Source of the DNA: Planctomycetota bacterium
GTDB lineage: Bacteria; Planctomycetota; UBA11346
DNA: 64,000 bases
Direction: 5' to 3'
NCBI GenBank assembly: GCA_016745075.1
Contig: JADGDD010000002.1
Location: forward strand, 385,881-449,880
In this document: one piece after another, positions 31,232-40,470 of the stretch
Numbering within the stretch: the stretch's first letter is position 1
How the letters are laid out: each line of letters opens with the position of its first letter
Made by a program: the position numbers and the translations under genes
Notes under the pieces: model-generated
The model's database searches: none
Told to the model about the DNA's origin: nothing
The model's input: the letters and a program-made list of their open reading frames with translations, nothing else

Positions 31232-32770
31232 ATGGGCCTTTTTGTCATCGGCGTGATCTTTGTTGCTTGCGCGTTCTTTTCTGGAATCATTTTGCATTTG
31301 GCTGGGCTCACACAGCGGAAGCAAAGCAGCGGTATTATGGGCAAGGTTGTGTCGGCTCTTTTTGCTCTGGCTGGAATTGCACTTATCACTTGGTCTAGTG
31401 CGGTTTATGTTGAGAGTGATATGCGCGGCCTGCTTACGAAAAAGATTTTTGCTGATGACTTATCTGGCGGCCGTATTATTGCCCTTGAAAACGAAAAAGG
31501 TCCACAAGCCAAGTTGCTACCACCAGGTTGGCATTTTGGCTATTGGCCATTTATTTATGATATTCAACTGGTAAAAATTGTAACGGTTCCCGCTGGCAGC
31601 GTTGGTGTGGTGAAAGCAAATGATGGTTTACCTTTATTAAAAGGGCAAGCATTTGCAGACGAATGGGATTCACCAATGGACATGCTTGATGCGGTGCAAT
31701 TTTTGAATAAAGGGAAGAAAGGGCCACAATTAACCGTTTTGTCTCCCGGTTCGTACCCAGTGCATCCGCTTCTCTTTAGCGTAGAAATAAAAAAGGCTTT
31801 AGAAGTAGAAGTTGGTCAAGTCGCGGTAATTAAAGCAAACGCTGGCCCAGATTATACGGGTGAAGATTTAGTGTCAGTCAATGGTGTGCCCATTGTTCCG
31901 AATAGTTTTCGTGGTATTTGGAAAGACGCATTACAACCAGACATGTATTACATTAATCCAGATGCTTATAATATTACACGTGTAGCAACGGTGAATCGTG
32001 TCTATAATTATGTAGAAGGTAACGCCATAGAAGTACGTTCAAAAGACGGTTTTGAATTTCCTGTAGATGTACGTGTTTCAGTAAAGGTTTCTGCGCAAGA
32101 TGCACCGTATGTTGTTGCTCAGTTAGCGAAGCCTGACTCAGACATAGATAGAACGGGCTTCACCACTATAGAAGACCGCGTTATTTTACCCGTTATACGC
32201 GCGATTTTCAGAAATACTGCTGAAAGCCAGCGGGCCTTAGAATACGTTAATAATCGTTCTGTGATAGAAAAAGAAGCAACCAAGAAATTTGGAGAAGGTA
32301 TTAAGCGTTTTCATATTACCACAGACGGTGTTTTTGTGAACGACATCGGTTTGAGCAAAAACCCAGCAGGGCAAGAATTGCTGGCAACTCAAACACAAAG
32401 AGAAGTAGCTGAGCAAGAGAAAGCGACATGGGCCAAAAAACAAGAAGCTCAAGTTGCTCGTGCAGAAGCAGTCCGTGCAGAAGAGGAAGCCAATCAAGAA
32501 CGTCAAAAAGCAGCAGCTCGTGCGTCTATTGATATTAATAAATCCGAAGCGCTCGCTCTAATGGAAAGAGCTCGAGGTGAAGCTCGCGCCTATGAAGAAA
32601 AAATCAAAGCTCTCGGCGGCACTGATAATTTCATTATGCTTGAGGTCGTCAAAGATAGCGTCAACCGTTGGGATGGTGTTGCACCTTCTGTTCTCGTCAT
32701 GGGTGATGGCGGCGTAGGCGATGGCGCGTCTGCAGGAGTGTTGCGAGAAATTATTAAACGCGATAAATAA
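31232..32770 (+). CDS. SPFH/band-7 (flotillin-like) membrane protein with a C-terminal coiled coil
   Basis: N-terminal TM helices (GLFVIGVIFVACAFFSGIILHLAG). Band-7-like core. A/E/K/R-rich coiled-coil C-terminus. The start was trimmed from 31178 to the internal Met. Confidence 0.65.
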   Translation: MGLFVIGVIFVACAFFSGIILHLAGLTQRKQSSGIMGKVVSALFALAGIALITWSSAVYVESDMRGLLTKKIFADDLSGGRIIALENEKGPQAKLLPPGWHFGYWPFIYDIQLVKIVTVPAGSVGVVKANDGLPLLKGQAFADEWDSPMDMLDAVQFLNKGKKGPQLTVLSPGSYPVHPLLFSVEIKKALEVEVGQVAVIKANAGPDYTGEDLVSVNGVPIVPNSFRGIWKDALQPDMYYINPDAYNITRVATVNRVYNYVEGNAIEVRSKDGFEFPVDVRVSVKVSAQDAPYVVAQLAKPDSDIDRTGFTTIEDRVILPVIRAIFRNTAESQRALEYVNNRSVIEKEATKKFGEGIKRFHITTDGVFVNDIGLSKNPAGQELLATQTQREVAEQEKATWAKKQEAQVARAEAVRAEEEANQERQKAAARASIDINKSEALALMERARGEARAYEEKIKALGGTDNFIMLEVVKDSVNRWDGVAPSVLVMGDGGVGDGASAGVLREIIKRDK

Positions 32771-32783
32771 TTTCTGTGTCGAG

Positions 32784-34250
32784 ATGATTGATTCAAGAAC
32801 AGTATCACAACCTTACCTGCCGTGGATTGCGGCAGGTTTTGTTTTTGGTATTATTGGGAGTGATGTTCTTCCTCATCATGCGCTGCCGTTTCACCCTTTG
32901 ATTTGGTTATGGGGATTGGCTGTACCGCTCGCGTTTTTTTCTCTTTGTTGGAAAAAGGTTGGTAGTCACGCGGGGATGTTTTGTGCACTGATGATATGTG
33001 GTTGGGCTGCTGTGCCAGCTACAAGTCAAAGTTCAAGAACACCACACCTCGTCGATGTTTGTGCAGAAGTGACGGCTGTTCGTTATCAAGAGCGGTCTCA
33101 GGTTCTTGTTTGTGCGGTGCAAGAGGTGTACGTACCGCAAGGAAAAGACATAAAACGTATAACCTGCCTTGGACCATGTACGGATATTGTGAGCGTTGGT
33201 GACATGGTGCGTGTGCGTGGTGTGTGGCAAATGGTCTCGTATAAAGGCCGAGAACGGCCTGAAATTCGGGCAACAGATATATACTTGGAAGAATCACGTT
33301 ATGATGGTACGCGTGGATGGGCGTGGCGGGCAATAGGCCGGATAGGAGTCCGTCAAGAATTAGCGGCTACATTATTACTCGGAAGTGGTCGACCACCAGA
33401 GCGTAATGTTTTTCGACAAGCAGGCCTTGCCCATATTATGGCGGTTAGTGGTTTACATGTTGGTTTAGCATTACTGAGTATTGTGTGGATCTGTCGAATC
33501 TGTGCGGTGCCGTGGCTATGGAGACAAGGGCTGGTATTGATAGCAGCAGGTGGTTATGTCTGGTTGACGGGTGGCAGTATGCCGACCCAACGCGCGGCAT
33601 TGATGGCCATTATTATTATTGTAGCACAAATAATGAGAAGAGAATTGCATCCATTAACCGCTTTATCATTAACTGTTCTTTGTCTGATTGTGATTGACCC
33701 TGCTGATATAAAAAGTTTGAGCTTTCAACTGAGTGCATGCGCTGTACTTGGGATTCTTACCCTTGGTCGTTCTTTGTTAGCATGGCGAATGCATGTGCTG
33801 CCATTGAACCCATGGCCTCTCGATAGACCGCTCTGGCGTGTGCTTTTATATGTGATGCGCGCTTTCTGTGACGGTATTTTAGTAGGAGTTTCAGCAAGTT
33901 TGGCAACAGCACCACTTATCATGACGACTTTTGCTGAATTACATATTTGGTCACCTGTAGCAACGGTGTTAGCAACGCCGTTTCTCGTTATCATTCTCGC
34001 AATCGGTTTGCCAACGATTACTCTGCACGCCCTGTGGGAAGAAGGCCCGTGGCAGGGTTTATTTTGGGTATGTGAAGTCTCTTTTGAGGGGCTCTGTACC
34101 ATTGCTCAGTGGTGTGCGTCATGGCCGTATGCATATATAAAGACGGAATCGATGCCCATCATTATGATATTTTTATGGCCGCTGCTCTTTGCCTGTGCCG
34201 CATGGAAAAGACCAAGCACTGTTGAAGTGATAGATGATGAAGAACGGTAG
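32784..34250 (+). CDS. ComEC/Rec2 family competence-type membrane protein (no metallo-beta-lactamase domain)
   Basis: GLAHIMAVSGLHVGLALL is the ComEC competence-domain signature. Polytopic. The start was trimmed from 32721 to the internal Met so it does not overlap the upstream gene. Confidence 0.7.
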   Translation: MIDSRTVSQPYLPWIAAGFVFGIIGSDVLPHHALPFHPLIWLWGLAVPLAFFSLCWKKVGSHAGMFCALMICGWAAVPATSQSSRTPHLVDVCAEVTAVRYQERSQVLVCAVQEVYVPQGKDIKRITCLGPCTDIVSVGDMVRVRGVWQMVSYKGRERPEIRATDIYLEESRYDGTRGWAWRAIGRIGVRQELAATLLLGSGRPPERNVFRQAGLAHIMAVSGLHVGLALLSIVWICRICAVPWLWRQGLVLIAAGGYVWLTGGSMPTQRAALMAIIIIVAQIMRRELHPLTALSLTVLCLIVIDPADIKSLSFQLSACAVLGILTLGRSLLAWRMHVLPLNPWPLDRPLWRVLLYVMRAFCDGILVGVSASLATAPLIMTTFAELHIWSPVATVLATPFLVIILAIGLPTITLHALWEEGPWQGLFWVCEVSFEGLCTIAQWCASWPYAYIKTESMPIIMIFLWPLLFACAAWKRPSTVEVIDDEER

Positions 34251-34290
34251 GATGTTTTGCAAAAAAAGTGAATAGTGTGAGCCTATAAAA

Positions 34291-34320
34291 TACTCTCGGA
34301 CCTGCAAAGGTCCGAGAGTA
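34291..34320. terminator. Perfect 12-bp-stem hairpin between the convergent ComEC-like (+) and GH94 (-) genes. Likely intrinsic terminator, mainly for the minus-strand transcript
   Basis: TACTCTCGGACC-TGCAAA-GGTCCGAGAGTA with an A-run on the left, which is a U-tract for the minus-strand RNA. Confidence 0.6.
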
Positions 34321-34346
34321 TAGATTACTTATTGTGAGAGAATCTC

Positions 34347-36746
34347 TTACAATTCACAGATAACGACATTGTTGTCGTTGTGTAATTTATCGATTGGAAT
34401 CAGGCTGCCATCTAATACTTCACCGTTGAGGCTCAGTTTGGAAATGCCTTTGTTTTTCCTGTTTGGATTTCTTACTGTGATAGCAATTGTGTAGTCTCGG
34501 AATGTACGGGTGGCTGTGAAGCCGTCCCACTCTTTTGGAATACACGGGTCTAAACGTAGGCCGTTTTCTTCAGGGCGAATACCGAGAATATATTGGGCGG
34601 CAGAATAATAGGCCCATGTAGCGGCGCCAGTTAGCCACGGAAGATGAGATTCACCTTCTTTTTCACTGTAACGACTGTCGGTTGTTTGGCAGTGTACATA
34701 TGGTTCTACGCGTCGTAATTCGGCTTGGTTATTAAAACGTGATGGCATAAATGCACGATAGTATTTATAAGCGCGATCGCCTTCACCAATCATACAGTTG
34801 GCCATAACCGTCCAGCCTTGCGAGTGACTAAAGATACCGCCATTTTCTTTTTGTCCCGGTGGGAATAAGACAGCACGAATCTCGTTATGGTTTGCTTTTG
34901 TATATGGAGGCGCAAGTGCCATTAAACCGTATTCGGTGGCAAGATGTTCATCTACAGAATCGAGCGCAATGCGGGCTTGTTCATCTGTGGCCGCACCACT
35001 CATGACAGACCAGCTTTGTGGTGGTCGGAAGATAAACCCTTCTTCACATTCGGCTGCGCCAAGTTTGTCACCTTTTTCACGGAAGGCGCGAATAAACCAT
35101 TTACCATCCCAACAATGCTTTTGAATGTTGCCATCGAGAAGAGCGAGCTGTTCGATAGCCCATGTTGCGTCGTCTGTTTTGCCAAGCTTTTCAGCAACTT
35201 CAGCAAACACAGACCAACCAAGGCGAATTTGGAAAGCAAGCATAACGGTTTCACCGTTAAAGCCGAGACGGAAACCATCATCCCAGTCTGCAAATAGACC
35301 ACATGGCAATCCGTGGATGCCGCTACGCTCTTGGTTAAATTGTAGGGCGCGTTTGAGATGTTCATAAACGGTAGCTTCGCCTTCGTCAGAGAAAGGAACC
35401 ACTTTATTGTAGAAATCAAAATCACCAGTTTCTTTGACGTATTCAGGAATAGCATTGAAATGCCAGATGCAGTCATCTGAACGTTGTTTCGCAGGATCAA
35501 TTTTTGGCATTTTACCTGGATAGTGGGCAAAGGGGCGAACTTCCGGCATGCCGCCGCCATTTGATTCTTGAGCAGATAACATGAGCTCAATCATTGCCCG
35601 TGCTTCTTGTGGTACGGAATGCATAACACCCATAAAGTCTTGAACCGTGTCGCGGTAGCCGAGGCCATCACGTTCATGTCCAGAATAAATCATGCCAGCA
35701 CTGCGACTCCAGCCGAACGTGACGTGGCAATTGTATGCGTTCCAGACATTCACCATGTGGTTAAAATCTTCGTCTGGAGTATCGACTTGTAGGACTTTTA
35801 ATTTTGCATGCCAGTGGTCTTTTACTTTTTGTAATTCGGCTTCGGCCGCATTTATGTTGCCAAATTCAGCACGAATTTCTTCACCGGTTGTTGTGGCGTG
35901 GCCAATGCCAAGCAAGACAACAATTTCACGAGTTTCACCTGGAGCAAGTTCAATGTCTGCCTTAATTGAAGCACAGGCATTGCCACCGTAGGCGCGACTT
36001 CCTGTACAGACACCATTGCGAACTGAGGCTGGGTTGCCGTAGTCACCATATGCACCAATGAAGGTTTCACGATCGCACTCGTGGCCACTGATTTCTGCGC
36101 CAGACAGTGACATCCATGCCCAACGACTTTGGTCGCCATTTTTGAAATCTTCCGGATCTTCTGGTAAATGTTCTAGTGAAGTGGCTTGTACAATGCCGTT
36201 GTCTTCCATACGGCCGCGAGCGCAGTAGCCACTGTATTGAATATTAAATGCATCTTGAATGATATTCCATTCACTAGCAAATTCGCAATAGCTTTGCACG
36301 CTGAGTGTGCGTGGAGTGTTGCCAGTGTTGGTAATGCGCAGAGTCCAGAATTCAAAGTTTTTATCGAGCGGTACAAAATAGGTGCTCTCTGTTTTGATAT
36401 TGCTGTATGTACTTATAATGCGAGCGTAGCCCGTACCGAAATGACAGGTACTTTTGTACTCGTCTAGAGGTTTGGCAACAGGTTGCCAAGAGGTCGTCCA
36501 AAAATCATTAGAATCATTATCACGAATGTAAAATAATTTGCCTGGTTGATCCAAGGGAACCGCATTAAAATTACAGCGGGTAAAACGACCAAGTGAAGGG
36601 GAGTTTACAAAAGAATAACCACCAGCGTTATTGGTAATAACACTGCCGTATTTTTTGGTTCCAAGATAATTGGTCCAAGATGTTGGAGTGTCTGGGCGGT
36701 CGATAATATACTCAAAATTTGCATCGTCAAAATGTCCGTATTGCAT
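34347..36746 (-). CDS. Glycoside hydrolase family 94 cellobiose/cellodextrin phosphorylase
   Basis: N-terminus MQYGHFDDANFEYIIDRPDTPTSWTNYLG matches the cellobiose phosphorylase start (MKFGYFDD...PWINYLG). 799 aa is typical. Confidence 0.85.
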   Translation of the reverse strand: MQYGHFDDANFEYIIDRPDTPTSWTNYLGTKKYGSVITNNAGGYSFVNSPSLGRFTRCNFNAVPLDQPGKLFYIRDNDSNDFWTTSWQPVAKPLDEYKSTCHFGTGYARIISTYSNIKTESTYFVPLDKNFEFWTLRITNTGNTPRTLSVQSYCEFASEWNIIQDAFNIQYSGYCARGRMEDNGIVQATSLEHLPEDPEDFKNGDQSRWAWMSLSGAEISGHECDRETFIGAYGDYGNPASVRNGVCTGSRAYGGNACASIKADIELAPGETREIVVLLGIGHATTTGEEIRAEFGNINAAEAELQKVKDHWHAKLKVLQVDTPDEDFNHMVNVWNAYNCHVTFGWSRSAGMIYSGHERDGLGYRDTVQDFMGVMHSVPQEARAMIELMLSAQESNGGGMPEVRPFAHYPGKMPKIDPAKQRSDDCIWHFNAIPEYVKETGDFDFYNKVVPFSDEGEATVYEHLKRALQFNQERSGIHGLPCGLFADWDDGFRLGFNGETVMLAFQIRLGWSVFAEVAEKLGKTDDATWAIEQLALLDGNIQKHCWDGKWFIRAFREKGDKLGAAECEEGFIFRPPQSWSVMSGAATDEQARIALDSVDEHLATEYGLMALAPPYTKANHNEIRAVLFPPGQKENGGIFSHSQGWTVMANCMIGEGDRAYKYYRAFMPSRFNNQAELRRVEPYVHCQTTDSRYSEKEGESHLPWLTGAATWAYYSAAQYILGIRPEENGLRLDPCIPKEWDGFTATRTFRDYTIAITVRNPNRKNKGISKLSLNGEVLDGSLIPIDKLHNDNNVVICEL

Positions 36747-36813
36747 GTAAAATCCTTAGGTGTTCAAAGAAAAAGAGAGGAAGAGTAAAGAGTGTTTCTG
36801 GAACGGGTTGCCA

Positions 36814-36846
36814 CAACAGCTCTCTTTATAAACGAGAGCTGTTGTG
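36814..36846. other. Perfect 12-bp inverted repeat (ACAACAGCTCTC-TTTATAAAC-GAGAGCTGTTGT) between the HAD-like gene and the GH94 gene, followed by T7 on the plus strand
   Basis: Read directly. There is no U-tract for the minus-strand transcript. It could be an attenuator, an RNA processing site or a protein-binding site rather than a simple terminator. Confidence 0.4.
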
Positions 36847-36865
36847 AGTAATCGTTTTTTTATTC

Positions 36866-37861
36866 TTAGTTGTAGAACATGTCCAATAAGGCAGGGTCTG
36901 TGTAATCGGTGACAATCATGTTGGTGCCAAGTTTGGTGTGAATTTCGCGCTGTCGTGTTTCGTTGGTTGGCAGACGGCTAATGGTAACGCCGTTCATTTG
37001 AACGCCGACTTTAATTTCTGTGCGACCATCGCCAACGACGAGCACTTTTTCCGCATCTAAGCCTTCTTCCTCAATGATGGCAAGAATCCAATCATCTTTT
37101 GGCATTTTTTTGTCCCAAGAAGAACCGCGTAGCGATTCAATAATTTTACCCGGTCCAATATTATAACCACAGGCTTCAACTTCTTCTTTCATGCCACCGT
37201 CTTCGTAGACAACCGCTCCGGTTACAAAATAGTTGACGCAGCCAAGATCTTTCAGGTGTTGCATGAATTCAATAGAGCCAGGTACACGCCAGCGTCCTGG
37301 ATTGGTGCGTGCGTCTTCTGTGTTTTTGTCACGGCAGGCACCGTTGAGGATTTTTTCGTAGAAATAGAAGAGACGTGTGCCAACATCGATCAGATACTCA
37401 TGGAATGCCTGTGGTTCGTCAACATCATCAAAAACTTCTTCGCCACCCCAAATGCGTTTGATAATAGCAGAGTTGTTGGCTTTGTTTTCATCTGTGAGTT
37501 GGAGCTTCTGCTTAACCTTGTCAGGAATATTGCCCATTTCTACGGCGCGGCGTACCGCATATTCCATTTGTGTGAGCGCAGAAAATCCAGCGCATTCAAT
37601 GCAATATTTATCTGTTTCTGGTAATGCTTGCTTGCCAACCCGAGCAATTTGTTTTTCAAGATTTTCATCAGAGTCAAAATTGTCTTCAAGACCGCAGTAC
37701 ATGGCCCAGTTCATAGAGGCGCTCATGACTGGTTGCCATTCGCGGATGAGGCTATGAGTTCCATCAATGTCATGAATAATATGAGTAATTTCGCGCTTAC
37801 CGAAATGGTTGAGAATTTCTATGCTGCTGCCTGCAGCTTTTGAGTCGTCCATGAATGCCAT
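36866..37861 (-). CDS. HAD-superfamily hydrolase with a large cap insertion
   Basis: Motif I IHDIDGTHS. Motif IV VVGDGRTE near the C-terminus. 331 aa. Confidence 0.5.
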   Translation of the reverse strand: MAFMDDSKAAGSSIEILNHFGKREITHIIHDIDGTHSLIREWQPVMSASMNWAMYCGLEDNFDSDENLEKQIARVGKQALPETDKYCIECAGFSALTQMEYAVRRAVEMGNIPDKVKQKLQLTDENKANNSAIIKRIWGGEEVFDDVDEPQAFHEYLIDVGTRLFYFYEKILNGACRDKNTEDARTNPGRWRVPGSIEFMQHLKDLGCVNYFVTGAVVYEDGGMKEEVEACGYNIGPGKIIESLRGSSWDKKMPKDDWILAIIEEEGLDAEKVLVVGDGRTEIKVGVQMNGVTISRLPTNETRQREIHTKLGTNMIVTDYTDPALLDMFYN

Positions 37862-37947
37862 GCGTGGTGCTCCTGTTGTTGAGAAAAAGAAAGGGAAATG
37901 CCCCCAGTGGGGCGTAATAGAAGGAAGGGGAAGGATTAATAAATCCA

Positions 37948-37964
37948 GTTAACTAAACGTTAGT
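37948..37964. promoter_or_regulatory. 17-bp palindromic motif GTTAACTAAACGTTAGT (arms AACTAA / TTAGTT around a central CG), a candidate LacI-family operator upstream of the HAD-like/GH94 genes
   Basis: A near-identical copy occurs at 40410-40426. Both lie in promoter regions of this locus. Confidence 0.45.
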
Positions 37965-38024
37965 TTGGCGACCTTGGGGTTTGGTACACATTAAATAATT
38001 CTCCATTTTAAAAATGTTTTTTGG

Positions 38025-39029
38025 TTATAGGTTTCGTAGAATAAGTTGTGGTTCGCAGAGGGTGCGATGGCCGGTAAAAGTAATTGATTCGCGTTGTTGT
38101 ACCGTTGTCATTAATGTTTTTGCAAGGCGTAAGCCGCTGTCACCTGCGTTGACACGAATAGAGGTGATGCAGTCATTTAGGTTTTGCGTGCGTAATTCGT
38201 CACCGTGCCCAATAAGGCAGACATCTTCTGGTACAGAGAGATTCAGTTCACGCAGGGCATAATAGCCGCCGAGTGCCATCATATCGCTTTGGAAATAAAT
38301 GGCATCTGGAGTTGTGTTGCCGTGTAGGTGTGAGAGGACAACATCATGGGCATCGGTGATCCAGAAATTGCCCCCAGGCCAAATAGATTGTGGTGGTAAT
38401 GTTTTTCCTGCGTCAGCCATTTGATCACAAAATCCACGGCTACGTTCAATGGTATGTCGATCACCTGTTATACCTTCCACCATGGCTATATTGCGACGAC
38501 CTTGTTCAAGCAAATAAGAAGCAGCCAAGCGGCCAGCAGCATAATGGTCGGCATCAACATAGAGTGCAGGGATGTCATCAAAATCACGCCCAAGGACCAC
38601 TGGAATTAAACTATTTTGTGCAGCTTGTTTGATGACTTCTTTTGCTCGTTCTATTTGGGTACTATGTGGGGTAATTAAAATAGCATCGTTGCGTGCAAAT
38701 AGGGTGTCGCTGAGAATAGCCCCGTCTTTTAATGGGGGGGCAAGAGTGATTTGCCAATTATTGTGTTCTAATTCTTCAAGTAATGGATCTACTACGTCCA
38801 TGAGAAAACGTTGGTCATGCAAAGCGAAATCACGACTACCGGCAATCAGCATACTGCGGCGTGCTTTGCGGTTGGTTCGTGCGCTGTAGCCAACTGCTTT
38901 AGCGTGGTTTTTTATCAATTCTTCCGTATCTTTATTAATACTAAATTCGTCCCCTCGGCCATTGAGGACCAAGGAAACGGTAGTTGGGCTCAGCCCAATG
39001 TCAGCAGCAATAGATTTAATTGATGCCAT
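38025..39029 (-). CDS. LacI-family transcriptional regulator
   Basis: N-terminal HTH ASIKSIAADIGLSPTTVSLVLNGRG. Periplasmic-binding-protein-like sugar-binding fold. The start was taken at Met10 to avoid overlapping the upstream gene stop. Confidence 0.8.
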   Translation of the reverse strand: MASIKSIAADIGLSPTTVSLVLNGRGDEFSINKDTEELIKNHAKAVGYSARTNRKARRSMLIAGSRDFALHDQRFLMDVVDPLLEELEHNNWQITLAPPLKDGAILSDTLFARNDAILITPHSTQIERAKEVIKQAAQNSLIPVVLGRDFDDIPALYVDADHYAAGRLAASYLLEQGRRNIAMVEGITGDRHTIERSRGFCDQMADAGKTLPPQSIWPGGNFWITDAHDVVLSHLHGNTTPDAIYFQSDMMALGGYYALRELNLSVPEDVCLIGHGDELRTQNLNDCITSIRVNAGDSGLRLAKTLMTTVQQRESITFTGHRTLCEPQLILRNL

Positions 39030-39030
39030 G

Positions 39031-40359
39031 TTAGTAATAGCATCTATCGAGAACATTGTTTGCAGGTGGTGTTACGGCAAATATTTGACCGTAACAGAAG
39101 GTAATGACTTCATTAGTAGAAATGGTCGCATCTGCGCGAAGCTTGTCTTCCAAAGCATGCGTTTCTTGTTGCCCGAGTTTGCGTTGACCAGTTGGAATAT
39201 TGGCATCTACGTCAATAACACGGACAGCAAACTGTGATTGTAAATAGGCGCGAATGACTTCACCGCAGGAGTGACCAATCATGGCAATAGCAAAATCTAA
39301 ATCGTAGTCGGCAAACATGCTAATATTAATGTCATCTGAACCAATTACAGAAAACGGTGTATTGCTTGCTTCTAAAATTTGTCGGCAGTGATTATAGACC
39401 TCTACTTGGCCTTCAATATTACAGAGGAGACCATAATCCTGAGTGTGTGGCAGATGTTTTACGAGGCCATCAGCAATAATAAAATCAGAACCATCATCAT
39501 TAGCCGTTGCCTGAGCTGAATTCATGCTGAAACATTCTGGCGTTGCTAAGCCGCGTACAGGAATGGTATTGGTTGCGCCACGACCCATATCAGCGCGGAA
39601 ATGGTTGGCACCAATGCCTAAACCAAGGACGAGCGTGCGGCTATTGGTGATTATTGTGTTCATCATGCCAACGCCCAGTTTGGTCAGCGCATCTATATTA
39701 TTTTCACAATTAAAGGCTTCTTGAGCAGTAACCATAGCAGTAAGTGCGTCTGCAATAGATGTGTCTGTTTTCAGTGAGCGCAACACGACCAACATCATAA
39801 AGCAATGTAGGTCTTCAATCGCTTCCATGCAATTGTTGGTGCCAATCATAGAGTGGGTATCACTACAAATGCCACGCATTTTGCCGCCGTCACGTCCACC
39901 CATGCAGAAGATGGCAGCGCCGTTATCGGTAGCGTATTGTAGTGCGTTAACGATGTTTGGAGAATTACCAGAGCCAGAAATGCCGATTAGAATATCAGAA
40001 GAATCCATGCGGTCTTGCTTGAGACCTTCTACGTAAATAGCGGCATATTCTTTCTCCGCGGTAGTTTGAAAGTAGTCGTCAGCTTCACCTGGTGTGGTGG
40101 CAGCAATACCTTGGCGACGGCAGAGTTGTGCCATTAAGCGAGCATTATCGAAAGATCCTCCATTGCCCATAAAAAACAAACGGCTACGCTCATCGCGTTG
40201 AGCGATGGTGGCTCTGAAGCTTTCGAGTTGTTCAATTGGCAGTTGGCGTAAAGAGCGTAGGATATCTACGCCGCCAGTTTCTGTGCCAAAGTAGCGTGCA
40301 TAACCAGTGCGGAAGAATTGTTGTAAGCCACTGTTTGTACTCATTCTATACGTCCCCAT
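39031..40359 (-). CDS. SIS (sugar isomerase) domain protein with an additional C-terminal domain
   Basis: GNGGSFDNARLMAQ and ISGSGNSPN match the GmhA/SIS signature. 442 aa. Confidence 0.6.
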   Translation of the reverse strand: MGTYRMSTNSGLQQFFRTGYARYFGTETGGVDILRSLRQLPIEQLESFRATIAQRDERSRLFFMGNGGSFDNARLMAQLCRRQGIAATTPGEADDYFQTTAEKEYAAIYVEGLKQDRMDSSDILIGISGSGNSPNIVNALQYATDNGAAIFCMGGRDGGKMRGICSDTHSMIGTNNCMEAIEDLHCFMMLVVLRSLKTDTSIADALTAMVTAQEAFNCENNIDALTKLGVGMMNTIITNSRTLVLGLGIGANHFRADMGRGATNTIPVRGLATPECFSMNSAQATANDDGSDFIIADGLVKHLPHTQDYGLLCNIEGQVEVYNHCRQILEASNTPFSVIGSDDINISMFADYDLDFAIAMIGHSCGEVIRAYLQSQFAVRVIDVDANIPTGQRKLGQQETHALEDKLRADATISTNEVITFCYGQIFAVTPPANNVLDRCYY

Positions 40360-40409
40360 TGTTGCAGAGTCGGCTCACCATGAGCCAGTAACAGATGCAA
40401 CAAGCAAAA

Positions 40410-40426
40410 CGTTAACTAATCGTTAG
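40410..40426. promoter_or_regulatory. Second copy of the palindromic motif (GTTAACTAATCGTTAGT) ~50 bp upstream of the SIS-LacI operon. Candidate autoregulatory operator
   Basis: 16 of 17 positions identical to the 37948-37964 copy. Confidence 0.45.
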
Positions 40427-40470
40427 TGGTAGGCAAGAAAATAATCTAGGGTGGAACGCAGTGCTAGGTG

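Noticed and set aside
31138-31574. ORFs of 86 and 104 aa overlapping the 5-prime end of the SPFH gene
   Set aside because: They are alternative frames of the same region. The SPFH frame continues for 500 codons with a TM-helix start.
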